A stretch of 64,000 nucleotides of DNA from Thalia democratica (lineage: Eukaryota): the NCBI GenBank assembly GCA_965202585.1, contig OZ241829.1, forward strand, positions 5,022,001-5,086,000. Direction: 5' to 3'. Positions 19,532 through 31,897 of this stretch are shown piece by piece. The position numbers were made by a program, and so were the translations under genes. Within the stretch, counting starts at the first letter, position 1. Every line of letters begins with the position of its first letter. The notes under the pieces are model-generated. The model was not told where the DNA came from, did no database searches, and saw only the letters and a program-made list of their open reading frames with translations.

Positions 19532-22300
19532 TCTTACTAATAGTTAAATTAAGTGGTCATGAAATCTAAAATTTTATAAAGTTTATATACAAAATATAAT
19601 AAAAATACAGAAATTAAGTATATTTTATAAATAATTTTTAAACTTTAAGTTAACTGTATTTTAGTATGATTTTCATAATAAATTAAACCATTTATATATA
19701 TACATGTACGTATAAATTACTAATAAAAACAACTAGAGTTGTATTATACACATATGTAAAAGTTAAATTATGAATCTTAATTTTTAATTAGACTTTTCTT
19801 ACAAATATCTGAAAACAGGAAAATGTTCATTTTGAAAATTTTACGAGTTCAATGTTTGTCTTAAATTTTATAGTGCTAATTAAAACTGTATGTTATAAAC
19901 GTTAATTATGTTCTAAATGTTAGCTTTACATTAAACAAATTTTTTCGTAAAATTGTAAATAGAATGTTTTTATTGAAACCTGTTGAAATATTTATCTAAG
20001 GTTATCGATCTCACTACGATTAAAAGATAAGCTGTACACATTGATAAAATTTATCTGTATTATCTAATATCCAGCTTTAAACTCCCTACAGCTACTTTTT
20101 AAAACATTGTTTTCGTACATAAGATATGGCAAGGTGTTTTAAAACTGTTATTTACATTGATTTATAAGTAAACTTGTCATCAAAATATTTTTTACTATCA
20201 GCTTTTAATAAAAGTTTTGCTTTTTAATAAAACATTGATTTTATGGTAAACTTTACTTAATTTTAACTGTGTACTTGTAAATTTAATCAAATGTTTGTGC
20301 TCATGTTCGATAAATTTTAGTTTATTCAAATCTTAAACAAAATAATATTACAAAACTGCATTTTTAAATAAACATTTTACCTAAACCTAGTTATGGTCTT
20401 TTTTATTATGTTCCAAACCAAAAAATAAAAGAGCTTATTTTCAGACTAATTGGATAATTAATAAAGACTTTACTAATACACGACATAACATTTGGATTAT
20501 TTGCAGGAGTGTGTTACTTTGATCTAATTGATGTAATAATGACACCGTTGTGAAAATAGTAACTAAATTGCTCGGGATGAAAATAAATCTTCCAATATCT
20601 TAGAATTTATTTCTAATTGCAGAGTATTAAGTGGTCTGCATTTAGATATTAATATATATTAGATTTTGCTGGCTGGCTAATCTAAAATATAAAACTTTGT
20701 TTTGTAGTTTTATTTCTTTCTACATTTATCTAAATAATCATACGTTAGTATTTAAGCAAAGTTTTAGTTTATAACAACAGTATACACTAATTATTACAGC
20801 GTTTAGCACATTTAAACAAATGTTTATTAGTTAATACTTGAAATTAACAAGCATGTTACAAATTTAAAGCAAATGTGTTGTGGTAAAATCGCTTTCATAA
20901 GATTTAGTTACTATATATTGCGAAATATAAAATAAAAACCAAACTTATTTCAACAAATTAATTTCATATTGGCTATTTAAATACTAATTAATGATCGAAT
21001 TGCGGTAAAAACTTTAAGTTTTGTCAGAAAAACATTTGCATCATAAAACTTGCAAAAGTCATTTAATAACTGAATAAACCTAAATTTACTGCAAATCAGC
21101 TGATAAAGTGTCGAATACAATCAGATTTGTAATCATATTGTATTAGTAACATGAACATAAGTATCTTGTGAAATATGTGGCATGAAATTTTACTAGATAT
21201 TTTTCACAAGGTTGCCACTGAAATTAATTTTTTGGGTTGATATTAATATCATGTTCTACGAAAAGTCGATTTAATCATTTATCTGTTCGTCTTGTAAGTG
21301 TATGTTTGATAAAAAATAGTTAGAGTTTCAAATAACATTAAAAACTATGCATTTATGATGAAAACTAATTGTTAAATTTTTGTATTTTGTTTTAATTTTT
21401 AGTGTAATTTGATGTTAATATCATTAATGCTGTTTAAAGATACTTAAGAATGACAAAATCTTTTTCATAAATATTAAGAAGTTGCGACAATTTAGATAAA
21501 ACTAAATTGTTTACTGTCAGTTGTTTATATCATTTGTATAGATGGTTTTAATTTAAGTTTTTGAGAAAGTTAAAAAGTAGTCTTTTTAGATAACTTTAAC
21601 ATTAACTTTTATCATTTGAAAAATGGAAAACAAAAACAAACATACTGGAAGGAAAATAAGTTTGACTACTAAGACTTGTTATTGCCAAATATAGCTTTGA
21701 CGAACGTCTCAATTTATGAGTAATTTTAATTTTAGTTTTTGCCTAATGTCAATATTAATCATATTAAACTTAAACTATAAAAAATATTTAGTTTCAAACT
21801 AAACATTTATCTTCTTACTTTGACAATTGAAATGATTTTTTTGAAACATGATAAATGGTAATTACCTATTAACTATTCTAATGATCAAAAAATTGATTAT
21901 ATAGAAATATCAGAAGATCACAAGTTAAGACAAACGACAAACACAGAAAAACTCTTTATTTTAGCTCTTACCTAGTATTTAGTAGTTAATTACACATAAG
22001 TTATAACACTAGCTACAAGTTGCCTGTTTCATCTAAAAAACTGATGATTATGAGTTAACTAAATTTAGGAGGTACAATTTGAACATTTGTGAAAACTTTT
22101 GAAAATTAACTGCAACATTTTGCTAAAATATGTTTCCTTTATAAAAAATATCAATAAGATTTTATAAACAATAGAAAAGTCTAATAAATTATTTTTTCAC
22201 ATTTAAGAAAGCAAATTAAACTAAAATTCAAATAAAACTAAATTTGGAGAGTTCACTTAGATTTGGCGTTAAAATCACAAATATCTGAAAATTATCAAAG

Positions 22301-22510
22301 GTTGGCATATCAACAAGTTTCGGTTGCTAGGGCTGTTTGTCTTCATTAATAACACCTCTTACAGTTGAATGGCTTCTATCAGCACTTGGCCATCGACTTC
22401 TTCTCAGAGGGAGTCGTTGCTAGGTAACCGATTAATTATCAGGGTTCAAACCCCGGTCATGTGTACATAGGTAAATTGTTCGAACAAACGAGGAATTAGG
22501 GTTTAAGCAA
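22301..22510. promoter_or_regulatory. Conserved non-coding element (copies 39341-39550, 55770-55980)
   Basis: An approximately 85-nt core (22396-22481) is nearly invariant in the diverged C copy. Confidence 0.6.
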
Positions 22511-23357
22511 AATAAGTTGCTCTTGATTGATTTCTTGGCAGTAAATTGATATTTTGGTTGCCTTTTATTAATCTGGAGAAATCGTCTTTAAGCTCAAATT
22601 AAAATAAATAAATTTTTAGTTTGATTTTAATTTTTGTCGAGTGATAAAAAAGAAGTCACTGTAGGGTGAAATTTATAATTAAAAAAATTAAAAATCTGTT
22701 GTTCTTAATTTACTTGTTGATCGTCATAATTACAAAATTACAACAGGTTCTACAAAATTTAAACTTGAATGAGTACACTTTCAACGAAACTAGTTTTAAA
22801 TTTTGTATTGTTTAATATCTTCTGTGTTGCACACGTGTATTTAAGTGGATTACGTATTTACCCAAAATTTTACCTTTTGCGTCTATATTCAAAGTAAAAC
22901 CAACAAGTTTTAAACTGTGCCAACACAAGAAAAACTGACATCAAAACTTGTACCCGCATGTAATATGTGTGTGGGTAAATTTAACTTTTCAAGTGGCTTT
23001 AAACAACAAAATACGTCACAATTAACGTTAAGTAGAATTAGTAGCCTTTTTATTTGCACAGCTTTCACTAAGAAGTAAGTAAAAGGCAATAGGAATGCCT
23101 TAAAGTAGCCTAATGAGCTATTAAGAAATACAAAAACCAATTGAAAAAAAATAAGTGTGACATTTTTGTTCCATTTACAGTGAATAACGAAACTTGAAAT
23201 AATGAATAATAGCATAATTTAGAAAACTAAAATTTGTTTTGTAACGGACAAATGCTTTGTAAGGCTTTAAACTTTGTCATAGTTCTAAAAGTAAAAACAA
23301 AACAAATTTTAAAGTATTAACACGAGAAAATTTTCGCAAATATTTATTTTTATAGAA

Positions 23358-23535
23358 ATTGTAAGCAACCTAAAGTTCAATAAACTCTAGCTACCGATCG
23401 TTATTTTTTAAGTTTCTATTGTGACGAAATGATTAATGTTGTTGACAAAATTTGTGACGTCATAATATAGCGATCGTCGCGTGACCATTCTGCTGATCAC
23501 GTAGCAAAATCACCTGCAGACAGACACCAGATTTT
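23358..23535. promoter_or_regulatory. Conserved non-coding element with TGACGTCA and CACCTG (copies 40397-40574, 56788-56971)
   Basis: A 35-nt block (23501-23535) is identical at 56937-56971; TGACGTCA, CTATTGT and CACCTG are conserved. Confidence 0.6.
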
Positions 23536-24894
23536 ACTTGTTTTTATCTTACATGACTTTTTTGATGTTTTACAAATGTACCATATCAAGTATATGTACT
23601 TTTGTTTGCTCAATCCTGCCTTATTTTAAACACATTTACCTATCTGACTGTTTTGCTATGCACGAAAATGTACAGCTGTTTGTATCAACTGATGTTAGTG
23701 CCATAATAGGTCATATTTGCAGTAAAATTTTACTTTAAAATACTTTAATTTTTATGTAAGTAAGATGTTGCTACTTTTTACCTTTGAATGGCCGGCTAGA
23801 CAAACACACAACGATTAAATACAACCCATTAACTGATAGTAAGATGTCGTTGTGTTTGAACTATTCCTAACGAAATATTTTTACTGCAAACATAGCTTTT
23901 AAGTTAAGAAAACAAACTTTACTTGATACGTATGTTTAGAATATCGTAATACCACTGTCATTTAAAAAACATTTCCATATAAACAATTTCGAATACCGGC
24001 AATTAGTTCCATGTACCTTGAACACAAAACATTTCCTTATAAAACATACAGTTTGATTAAGTATAAAGAAGAACATAAATCTTGACCAAGTACAAATTAT
24101 ACTAAAAAGAGAATTTACAACAATAAACCAACTTACCATGAGTTTGCTTGTTTGGAAATTCAGCTGAAACAACATTATTGCTTTTTATTTTATTGTTCAA
24201 AATTCACAACCTTCGTCGGTTTGACAGGCAACGACTATTGTGTGACAAGCGAGAGGGGTGTCAACAATGACGTAATAAATATTGTGACTAATATTTCAGT
24301 AATGTCAACTTCACGAGATGGACTAATAAAAATAATTTAAGTTTATTGTAAAAAATAATTCTGTTACGTCGCAAACTGCAAATTATCACGAATCAAAAAT
24401 ATCTTCGATTCGGTGCAAGTTTTAGAATTTTTGATTGATTTTATTTTTAAAATGTTGTTATTTGTCATATGACTCCTTTACTTTCGTGTTGCGATTTTGT
24501 ATAACAAACTTATGAATATCAAAACTTTGTAGAATATCATTAAATTTGCGATATGCGCACGTAGATTGTTTACTAAACTTCACTTACTTTTTAATCTGTA
24601 GTTAAAAATTAAACTTTACAATATTAACTATATTTAACAAGTAATAGTTATTATGGGTTAAATTTTCATAAACTTGTCTATTAAACTAGTTTTAAAGTCT
24701 TCATCTTTTTTACTAAAAAATAAAACTTTGTATGAATTTTTAAATCAATTTATTTTTACAGCTTCTCAATTGGATTAAATTTTGATTTGATTATCTAAAC
24801 GAAGCATCAAAAAATTACTGTTCATTATAAAAAATCAACTAACTAAATGCGTGAGACAACTTTATTTATTCGCTTATTCGTATAATTTAATTTC

Positions 24895-25070
24895 ATTAAT
24901 TAAACAATCGGCAGTAAACTTAGCAGCAAATTACTACGTTTCTCAATAAGGAAGTAATAAAAAAATAGCAAATTCGAACGGATTAAATTACTTGAACGAT
25001 CTTTTTAATCGAACTGTAAAAGGTAAATTACAGCTTAATTTTTACTGCAGATAAGCTGTGTTAATTTGCA
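24895..25070. promoter_or_regulatory. Conserved non-coding element (copies about 41935-42110, 58745-58910)
   Basis: ACTACGTTT..ATAAGGAAGT and GCAAATTCGAACGGATTAA are conserved. Confidence 0.45.
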
Positions 25071-27274
25071 GATAAACTTTACAAGCAAGTAATTTATGTT
25101 AGTTTCAGATTAATTTTACAAGCAAATAATTACATTTTAAAAAGAGTCAACAGTGGTAAAACGATTCAGTTAAAAAAAAATTGTGGAAAATAAAAAATGT
25201 AAAACTGTGTTGGTGTTGTACAACTTTTACGACTTCTACCATTTGAAATTTATTTAATTTTAAGTTGAAAACTTTTTAAGTTATTTATCAAAAAAAAAAA
25301 ATAGTGATTAAATAAAGTGTATTTAAAAATTTATTTATGTTTAATTTTTATAGAATCTTTATAATGTTTTGATTCAAGCTAATTGCCAAGCAAAAACTCC
25401 TATAAAAATCAAAAAAAGAAAATGTATGTCCATATGTTAAAATATAACTTTCATAAACATTTTGCTTGTCAACTCTGTAAATTAAACCGATAACAGACTA
25501 AAAGTTTTAAATATATTTTTATGGGAGAAATAAGGTAATTACCATTTCAATAAAAGTGATTTAGCAACAGTTACACTGCATAATATACATTATTTCAATC
25601 AATGCATCTAATTTATTGAATTTTTTGACATAATACTTTTAAATATTTGCTGCACTTTAAAGTTAAGTTTTTTTTTAAACTGCAAAAAAATGTATACAGT
25701 TACGTTATATTTTCTTTAAAAAAGTCAAGTTAATGCCAAAACAAACACATATTTCTTTTCACGAATCCTTCACTTGCTATTTTTAACTTCTGCCAAACCG
25801 GTCTGTGTGTTTGCTTGTTTTAATTTTATGTTGGCTTGTTATATTACACGCCGTAACATCTAATTATCAAGAACAACGTTTTCTTCTTGGTAAGCAATTA
25901 AGTAAACTTAGCTGTTTTTACATTAAACTATATATGAATATGTTTTTTTTGTATTCGTTTTTTATCTCTCACATGTTTTAAAGGAAAGTTATTTTACAGT
26001 TTTAGGCTAATGTAGTTTTGCTTAACAGCTTCACATACTAATATGTAGAAATAAAAGCTTCCATTGGTTTATAATATTAAGTGTTGTCATAGTTTATAAA
26101 AATATAATTCTATAAAAGGATTGATACTACTAATAAACTTAGTTCGACCTTTATAAATGAGTTCCATTTAAACCAGAAATTACTAAATAATAACAAAATT
26201 GTGTTATAAAAAGCTATACTCTTTATTTTTATAAAACTCTAGTTCAAAATAATATAACGCTCACTTATGTTTAGTTTATCATATAAAATAATGATGAATG
26301 TAAGTATTTTGTTGTATTATTATAGTTTTAATAAAGTACCTAAAGGAAGTATAAATTTATATACTAATTTTAATTTTGTGTTTATTGAAAGTGTTTGTTA
26401 TTTTTAACATACTTTGTTTTAAAAATTTTAAAGTTTAAAATGATCATGTCAGAATAGCATAAAATAAGCAAGATATTTATTAAAATAAAACATATAATTT
26501 ATAAAATAAACAATAAATTTATTAAAAGAAAATAATCACACCTTTTTCGTGGAGTTGAATGTTTACATTAGAACATTTAAGTATTGTTAAATTGTGTGAC
26601 TTGTGTATATTAGGTTGTATGATTGATAGATTTAATTGACTGTAATTTTGAAACAGTTTATCAAATACTCCCCATATTTTATTCTAAATTACAAATTTGT
26701 TAACATAAACATTTACTTTGAAAATAACAAAATTGTGTTAAACCACATTTAATTTTTACTATTGAAAATTTGCATGATTTTTTAGTTAGATAAAAGCTTT
26801 AACTTAACAGTTAAGTTAAAAAAGAAAACTATTGTTAAACAAGCTGTTAAAGTAGGAACAGTTAAATATACAAATGTGTTTTAATACTCTCACTTGGGTA
26901 AGCATGTTCGAATTTACTTTTATGTTTGAACGAGTTTTTTTGTAGTTATTTCAAATGAAGCTTTTAAATTAGTTAAAAAATCAATATCATTAACTCAAAT
27001 GGTAATGCAATTACGGAACATATGCATTAACAATATATGGCTTAATTTTTTTTTTTGTCTTTATCTTAATTTAATTTTGCAATTATCTATCGAGATTCAC
27101 TTATTTTGATTATATTAAACATAAAAACTATGTATTAAGCTGCTAGTGGTCTTAGTAATAACTTTATGTATAAAAGTTAAAATTGCAGGACACGTTAGAC
27201 TTATTCTTTGATTTATTTAATGAAAGAAAAGTGTTTATTTGTCACACTTTATATTTTCAAGTGTTTAATATAAT

Positions 27275-27335
27275 AAGTTAAGTTCTTTGACGCCATTTGC
27301 TAAACAATATCCGAATTGTCAAATTTGCAAACCGC
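27275..27335. promoter_or_regulatory. Short distal conserved element (copies 44278-44338, 62675-62738)
   Basis: AAGTTAAGTT(C/T)TTTGACGCCATTTGCTAAACAA-ATCCGAAT is conserved. Confidence 0.45.
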
Positions 27336-28814
27336 AAAGTATAAACAAAAACTTTATACGGATGTATGAGTGTTTATATTTGGTTAAAGCTAATTTTATA
27401 CAATTAAACTTATAATTTTCTATTAGTAATATATGTCTGCTATAGAAGTTAAAAATGTATAGCAACAAACTTCGGGTTAACCTGCAACTAATTTGCATAT
27501 ATCCAAACAAGACTAAGATTAACTAGATGTTATTTATGTTATTTTTTATAATTAAAACTTTATTATATGTTTGGGTAAAGTAGGTTCGGGGTAAAGGTAT
27601 AGTTTATAGATTAAAAAGATAAAATTAGCATCTGTTTTTTTTTCAGTCTTGTTTTCCATATGCAAAATAATTGCAGGTTTTTGAATGCACTGCACCCATA
27701 AATTTTACAAACTATTATTTTTATATTTAACTAGCAAATAAAAATATAGTCGCTGGTAATTTATTTGAGTTGTTACTTAAACAAAACTATAAACGAAATA
27801 TACACTTTCTATCTATAAGTACAAAACTTCACTTTTCTAAAAAAATTCTTTATAAAAGTGAACTGTATTTTGCTATAAAATAAAATAGATTTAAGAAATT
27901 AACGTTTTTATTTACAATTTAGTTTTATTTTATTTCTAAAGGTTTAAACGACTTTTTTTAACTTAATTTAATCGCTCTTAGTCTAGGAAGAAAATTTAAA
28001 ATGCATTAAAATATAAATATGCTTAAATTTAAAAACATTTAATTAATTTTAAGTATTTTAATTGATTTAATAAAACACCCACTGATCTATTTTAGAGTAT
28101 TTTACTTAAAGTAATAGTAATGCAAAAAACACTTTCATTTTGAAATTTATACTAACACTTCAATAAACGTTCGTTTAGTTGAATACAAACATGATTTTTG
28201 ATTTGATTACTGAACTCGTAGGTTTAAATATTATAATTTTAAACTTGACTCATAAGTTAATCAATTGAAAACAAGTGTTTGTAAAGATTATAAAGATTGT
28301 TATAAAATTATTTGTTATAAAAAAATCTTTTTAAAGTTCTTAAGCGTATTAATACGAAAATGTAATTTATTTAAAAGAAAACTGTATCTATTAGCCAAAA
28401 ATGTATATATTATATTTTTTTGTAACAAATAACTTTAATAAAGTATCATACTGAAGTGTATTAAAAGCTTGATATATAGTTATAATAAAAACAATAAAAA
28501 CAATATCGTTTCCTATTATCAAACAAATGCATCATAGATTGTAAAATTAAGTTTTAGCTTTATAAAGTGTTCATATATTTGAACGAATTGTTTAAAATTG
28601 AGATGGTTATATTCGGCGAGGTAAGCAGAGTCGAGAGTTTCGTCAGACGAATCTCCCTAAACCTTGTTTTCTTCCTTCGCAGGTAATCTACCATTAGTCA
28701 GTAACATTCACAAGTAGCTGGTTAGCTAGCTCTCGGCCATCAATGGTTTCGAACGTGGCTTGAAACCGATTTTCTGCTCCACGACTTGTATGGAAATTCA
28801 CTCTCCGTCGCCAC

Positions 28815-29266
28815 CTAGTAGCCACCCTGTTGCATGATGGGATTGAACGATGGACACGCCTTCTGATTGAATTTTTTCGCAGCAGCCGCCTTCAACGCCT
28901 TGTTCTTTTTCGTCCACTTGTATATCTCGGTGACAAGCAACCTCGATCCCCTCGAGTCCTTTCTCCCCATGATCAGGTAAGTATACCTTTTCTTCTTCCT
29001 CCTCTTCTTATCCTTCTTCTTTTTCTTACCACTTGAAGCTCCTCGAGGGATCCTCTTCTTGTTTTTCTTCTTCTTTGACCACGAAGCGTCGCCTATGAGC
29101 AACGAGCACTTGCACCCCTTGCCCGATATGATCAGCCTCATCCTGCGCAGATCCCTCGCATCCAGAGGTCCCTTCTTGTAGACGATCCTCCGCCTCGGCG
29201 ATGCCGTCAGCTCCCTGATGCCCATCTCCGGGTTGAACGTCAGTTTCTTGCTTCTCACCTTGACCA
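28815..29266 (-). CDS. SFRP1/2/5: sFRP-B exon 3 (NTR)
   Basis: 3' part of ORF 28815..29333; TTCACAG acceptor at 29269-29267. Confidence 0.93.
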
Positions 29267-31393
29267 CTGTGAAGAAAAAATGTTTGAACGTTATACCATG
29301 TATATAGATTAGTTTATACTTTAAAATAAACACATATACATATATATATATATATATAAGATGTAACGTTAAAAGGCGTTAAATCCTGGAGATCCTGACT
29401 ATATATATACATTAAAGTATTTTTTTAAGTTCTGGTCGATAGTACTCAACAAATTGAATTGGTGCTAAATATTTATTGGACTATATAAAAAACAATAGGT
29501 TTATACGACCGTTTCGTATATGAGATATATAACCTCATGTAGTCATCAGTAAAACTAAAGTTTATTAACAGTGTTAAACAAAAATTTATAATTCGAAAAC
29601 TTTATAGTTAAAATGACGTAGTAATAATAAAGGTCTTTTGTACAGTAGTTTAAGTTTGAAAAAATACACTGGTCTTGTTAATTTAAGAATTTATGCATTT
29701 TGAAAAGTTTGGAAAGGTTGTGTTGGAAAAACGTTTTAAACTGTATTAGAAAATTATTTTAAACTATTCGTGTTCCCGGCTTAATTTTACTTTGATTTAG
29801 TATTTAGTTAGTTTTAATTTTGCTTAATAACAAGGTAAATACTTCCAACGCTTTATTTGTTAGTTTAAGTTTCAGAGCACTGCTAAAGCTATAGGTGGTT
29901 TAATTTCTAATTGGCTTAGACCAGGGTTTGGAGGACTTTAGCAAGTGACCTTAGAAGAAGCTACCAAGGAAACCAAATAGACATATGCATTGTTATTTAT
30001 TAAAGAGGTGATTTATTTATAATTTTATGTAACATTGTTGATACAAAAAAGAGTTTGAAAAATCCTGTTTTATACAAACAAGAAAAAGTCTTCGCAAGTT
30101 TGTTTAATTTAAAGAAAGTTATACTAAAAAATTCAGAAAACTTATAAAAACTTTAGTTTTACCAGGTTAATGTAAATTATACCTAGTTGTTTACAAAAGA
30201 AAATACTTGATTTTAAAACTTTTATAATAATAAAATACATGATATTATTAAGAAACCACTTTGACACGAGAAACTATTTCAGCAAACTATTTAACCACTT
30301 ACTAATTTGCACTTTTTTGTGTATTTTACATTTAAATAAGTAAAGTAACTTCTCAATTAAGAATAACTAGCATTAGTTTTAAATGATGTTAGACACTATG
30401 TGTAAGCCTAAAAATAAAAGTTTACAAATTTTCTGTTAGTAGAAGTATTTTTACTTAATATAAACTTAATTTAATTACGCGCAAATGTAAACACAGTAAG
30501 TTTATTTTGCACTTTTGAAATTACTGTGAATAATACTTTTAAGATCTATTTAAAAAACGATATTTTTATTTTTATTTAGTTTGTTCTTCTTTATATAATT
30601 AAGCCTACAATTCTTCAAAAACTAAAAAAACAATTATAATTTTTTTCTATGTAATTTTCTTATAACCATACTTACTTTTTGAAAAACAACACCTGTGTTA
30701 TCCTATGTTTGCGATAAAACTTAAAACTTACAAATTTAAATTTTTAAACTTAAGATTTTTATAAGCAATAAATCAGTTATTATCTGTATTTATATATAAA
30801 AACAATAAATTTTAATCAAAATAAAGTTAAAATCTTATAAAAAAAACGTTTTGGCAACCTTACAGTTTGTGTTTCACTTCACAAGTAATTATGTTTTTAT
30901 AACATATTATCCCAAATTAATCGCAAGCTATTTAAACAAACATTGTAAACACAAGTCTACGTATTTATTTGGTAATAACAAAATAAAATTTGTTCGTCAA
31001 ACTTGAATTGTTTCATGATAAATATTTTACCCGATGCTTTATAGATGCTTTTAAGAACTATTTCTCAAATTGCTTATTAAATGTGTGGTAATATAGTAGT
31101 ACATATGAAAATTAAAATAAGTAAAACATACTTATTTGAAAAATATTAAAAATTATGTTTTTCAAAAATAATATGTTTATTTAATGAAGTTTATAAAATG
31201 CTTTCAAAGTGCAAAGCTTTTTCTGAATACAAATACAATGCCAAAGTAGCAATATTGCAAACAATTCGGATTGCTTAATCTCGTGAAAATTAATTTCTAT
31301 ACAAACAGATAATGGCTTGTCACAAGGTTTGGACTGGCGTATAATCGAAACAATGGTATTTAAGCGAGACAATCGTTTGTATCGACATATACT

Positions 31394-31459
<66 letters not shown>

Positions 31460-31861
31460 TCATATATTAAAGGTTTTATACAAAGTTCTGATCGATAGTG
31501 CTCGACAAATCAAATTGGAGCTAAATATTTATTTAATTATATAAAAACTATAATTCAAACAGCTGTTTCACACATTGAAATGTAAAATTTCATGTGATCG
31601 TCAGTAAGTTACAGTTTATTATAATAGTGAACAGAAATTTCGATTTTAAAAAGCATAGAATAACATTCACAGCGTATTTCAAATTCAGCTAATCGTACAA
31701 TAAACTGTACCATTACTACGTCATAATTATTATAAAAATTCTAAAATCGAAATTTCTGTTCACTATTATAATAAACTGTAACTTACTGACGATCACATGA
31801 AATTTTACATTTCAATGTGTGAAACAGCTGTTTGAATTATAGTTTTTATATAATTAAATAA

Positions 31862-31897
<36 letters not shown>

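Larger units (their letters stand above)
17175..29288. repeat. Segmental duplicate, copy 1 (sFRP-A exon 1 through sFRP-B exon 3), partner 34218-46286
   Basis: Line-by-line near identity (about 97-99% in sampled stretches), offset about 17.0 kb; both ends fall at exon boundaries. Confidence 0.97.

Noticed and set aside
22396-22481. tRNA gene
   Set aside because: Only a T-arm/B-box-like motif is present; no acceptor stem, D-arm or anticodon arm could be folded.
18170-27510. AT-rich ORFs repeated at a 17-kb offset (18170, 22910, 23538, 23936, 24152, 27319 and partners)
   Set aside because: No domain signature and codon composition like intergenic DNA. They are preserved only by the recent duplication, and several already differ in length or are broken in the diverged C flank.
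28740-28817. Stop-codon readthrough extension after the sFRP TAG (24 in-frame codons in B/C, hairpins nearby)
   Set aside because: UAG-G is a poor readthrough context, most B vs C differences are non-synonymous, and copy A has an unrelated, shorter extension.
31317-31544. ORF with IYIYIY repeat
   Set aside because: Translation of the (AT)n microsatellite.
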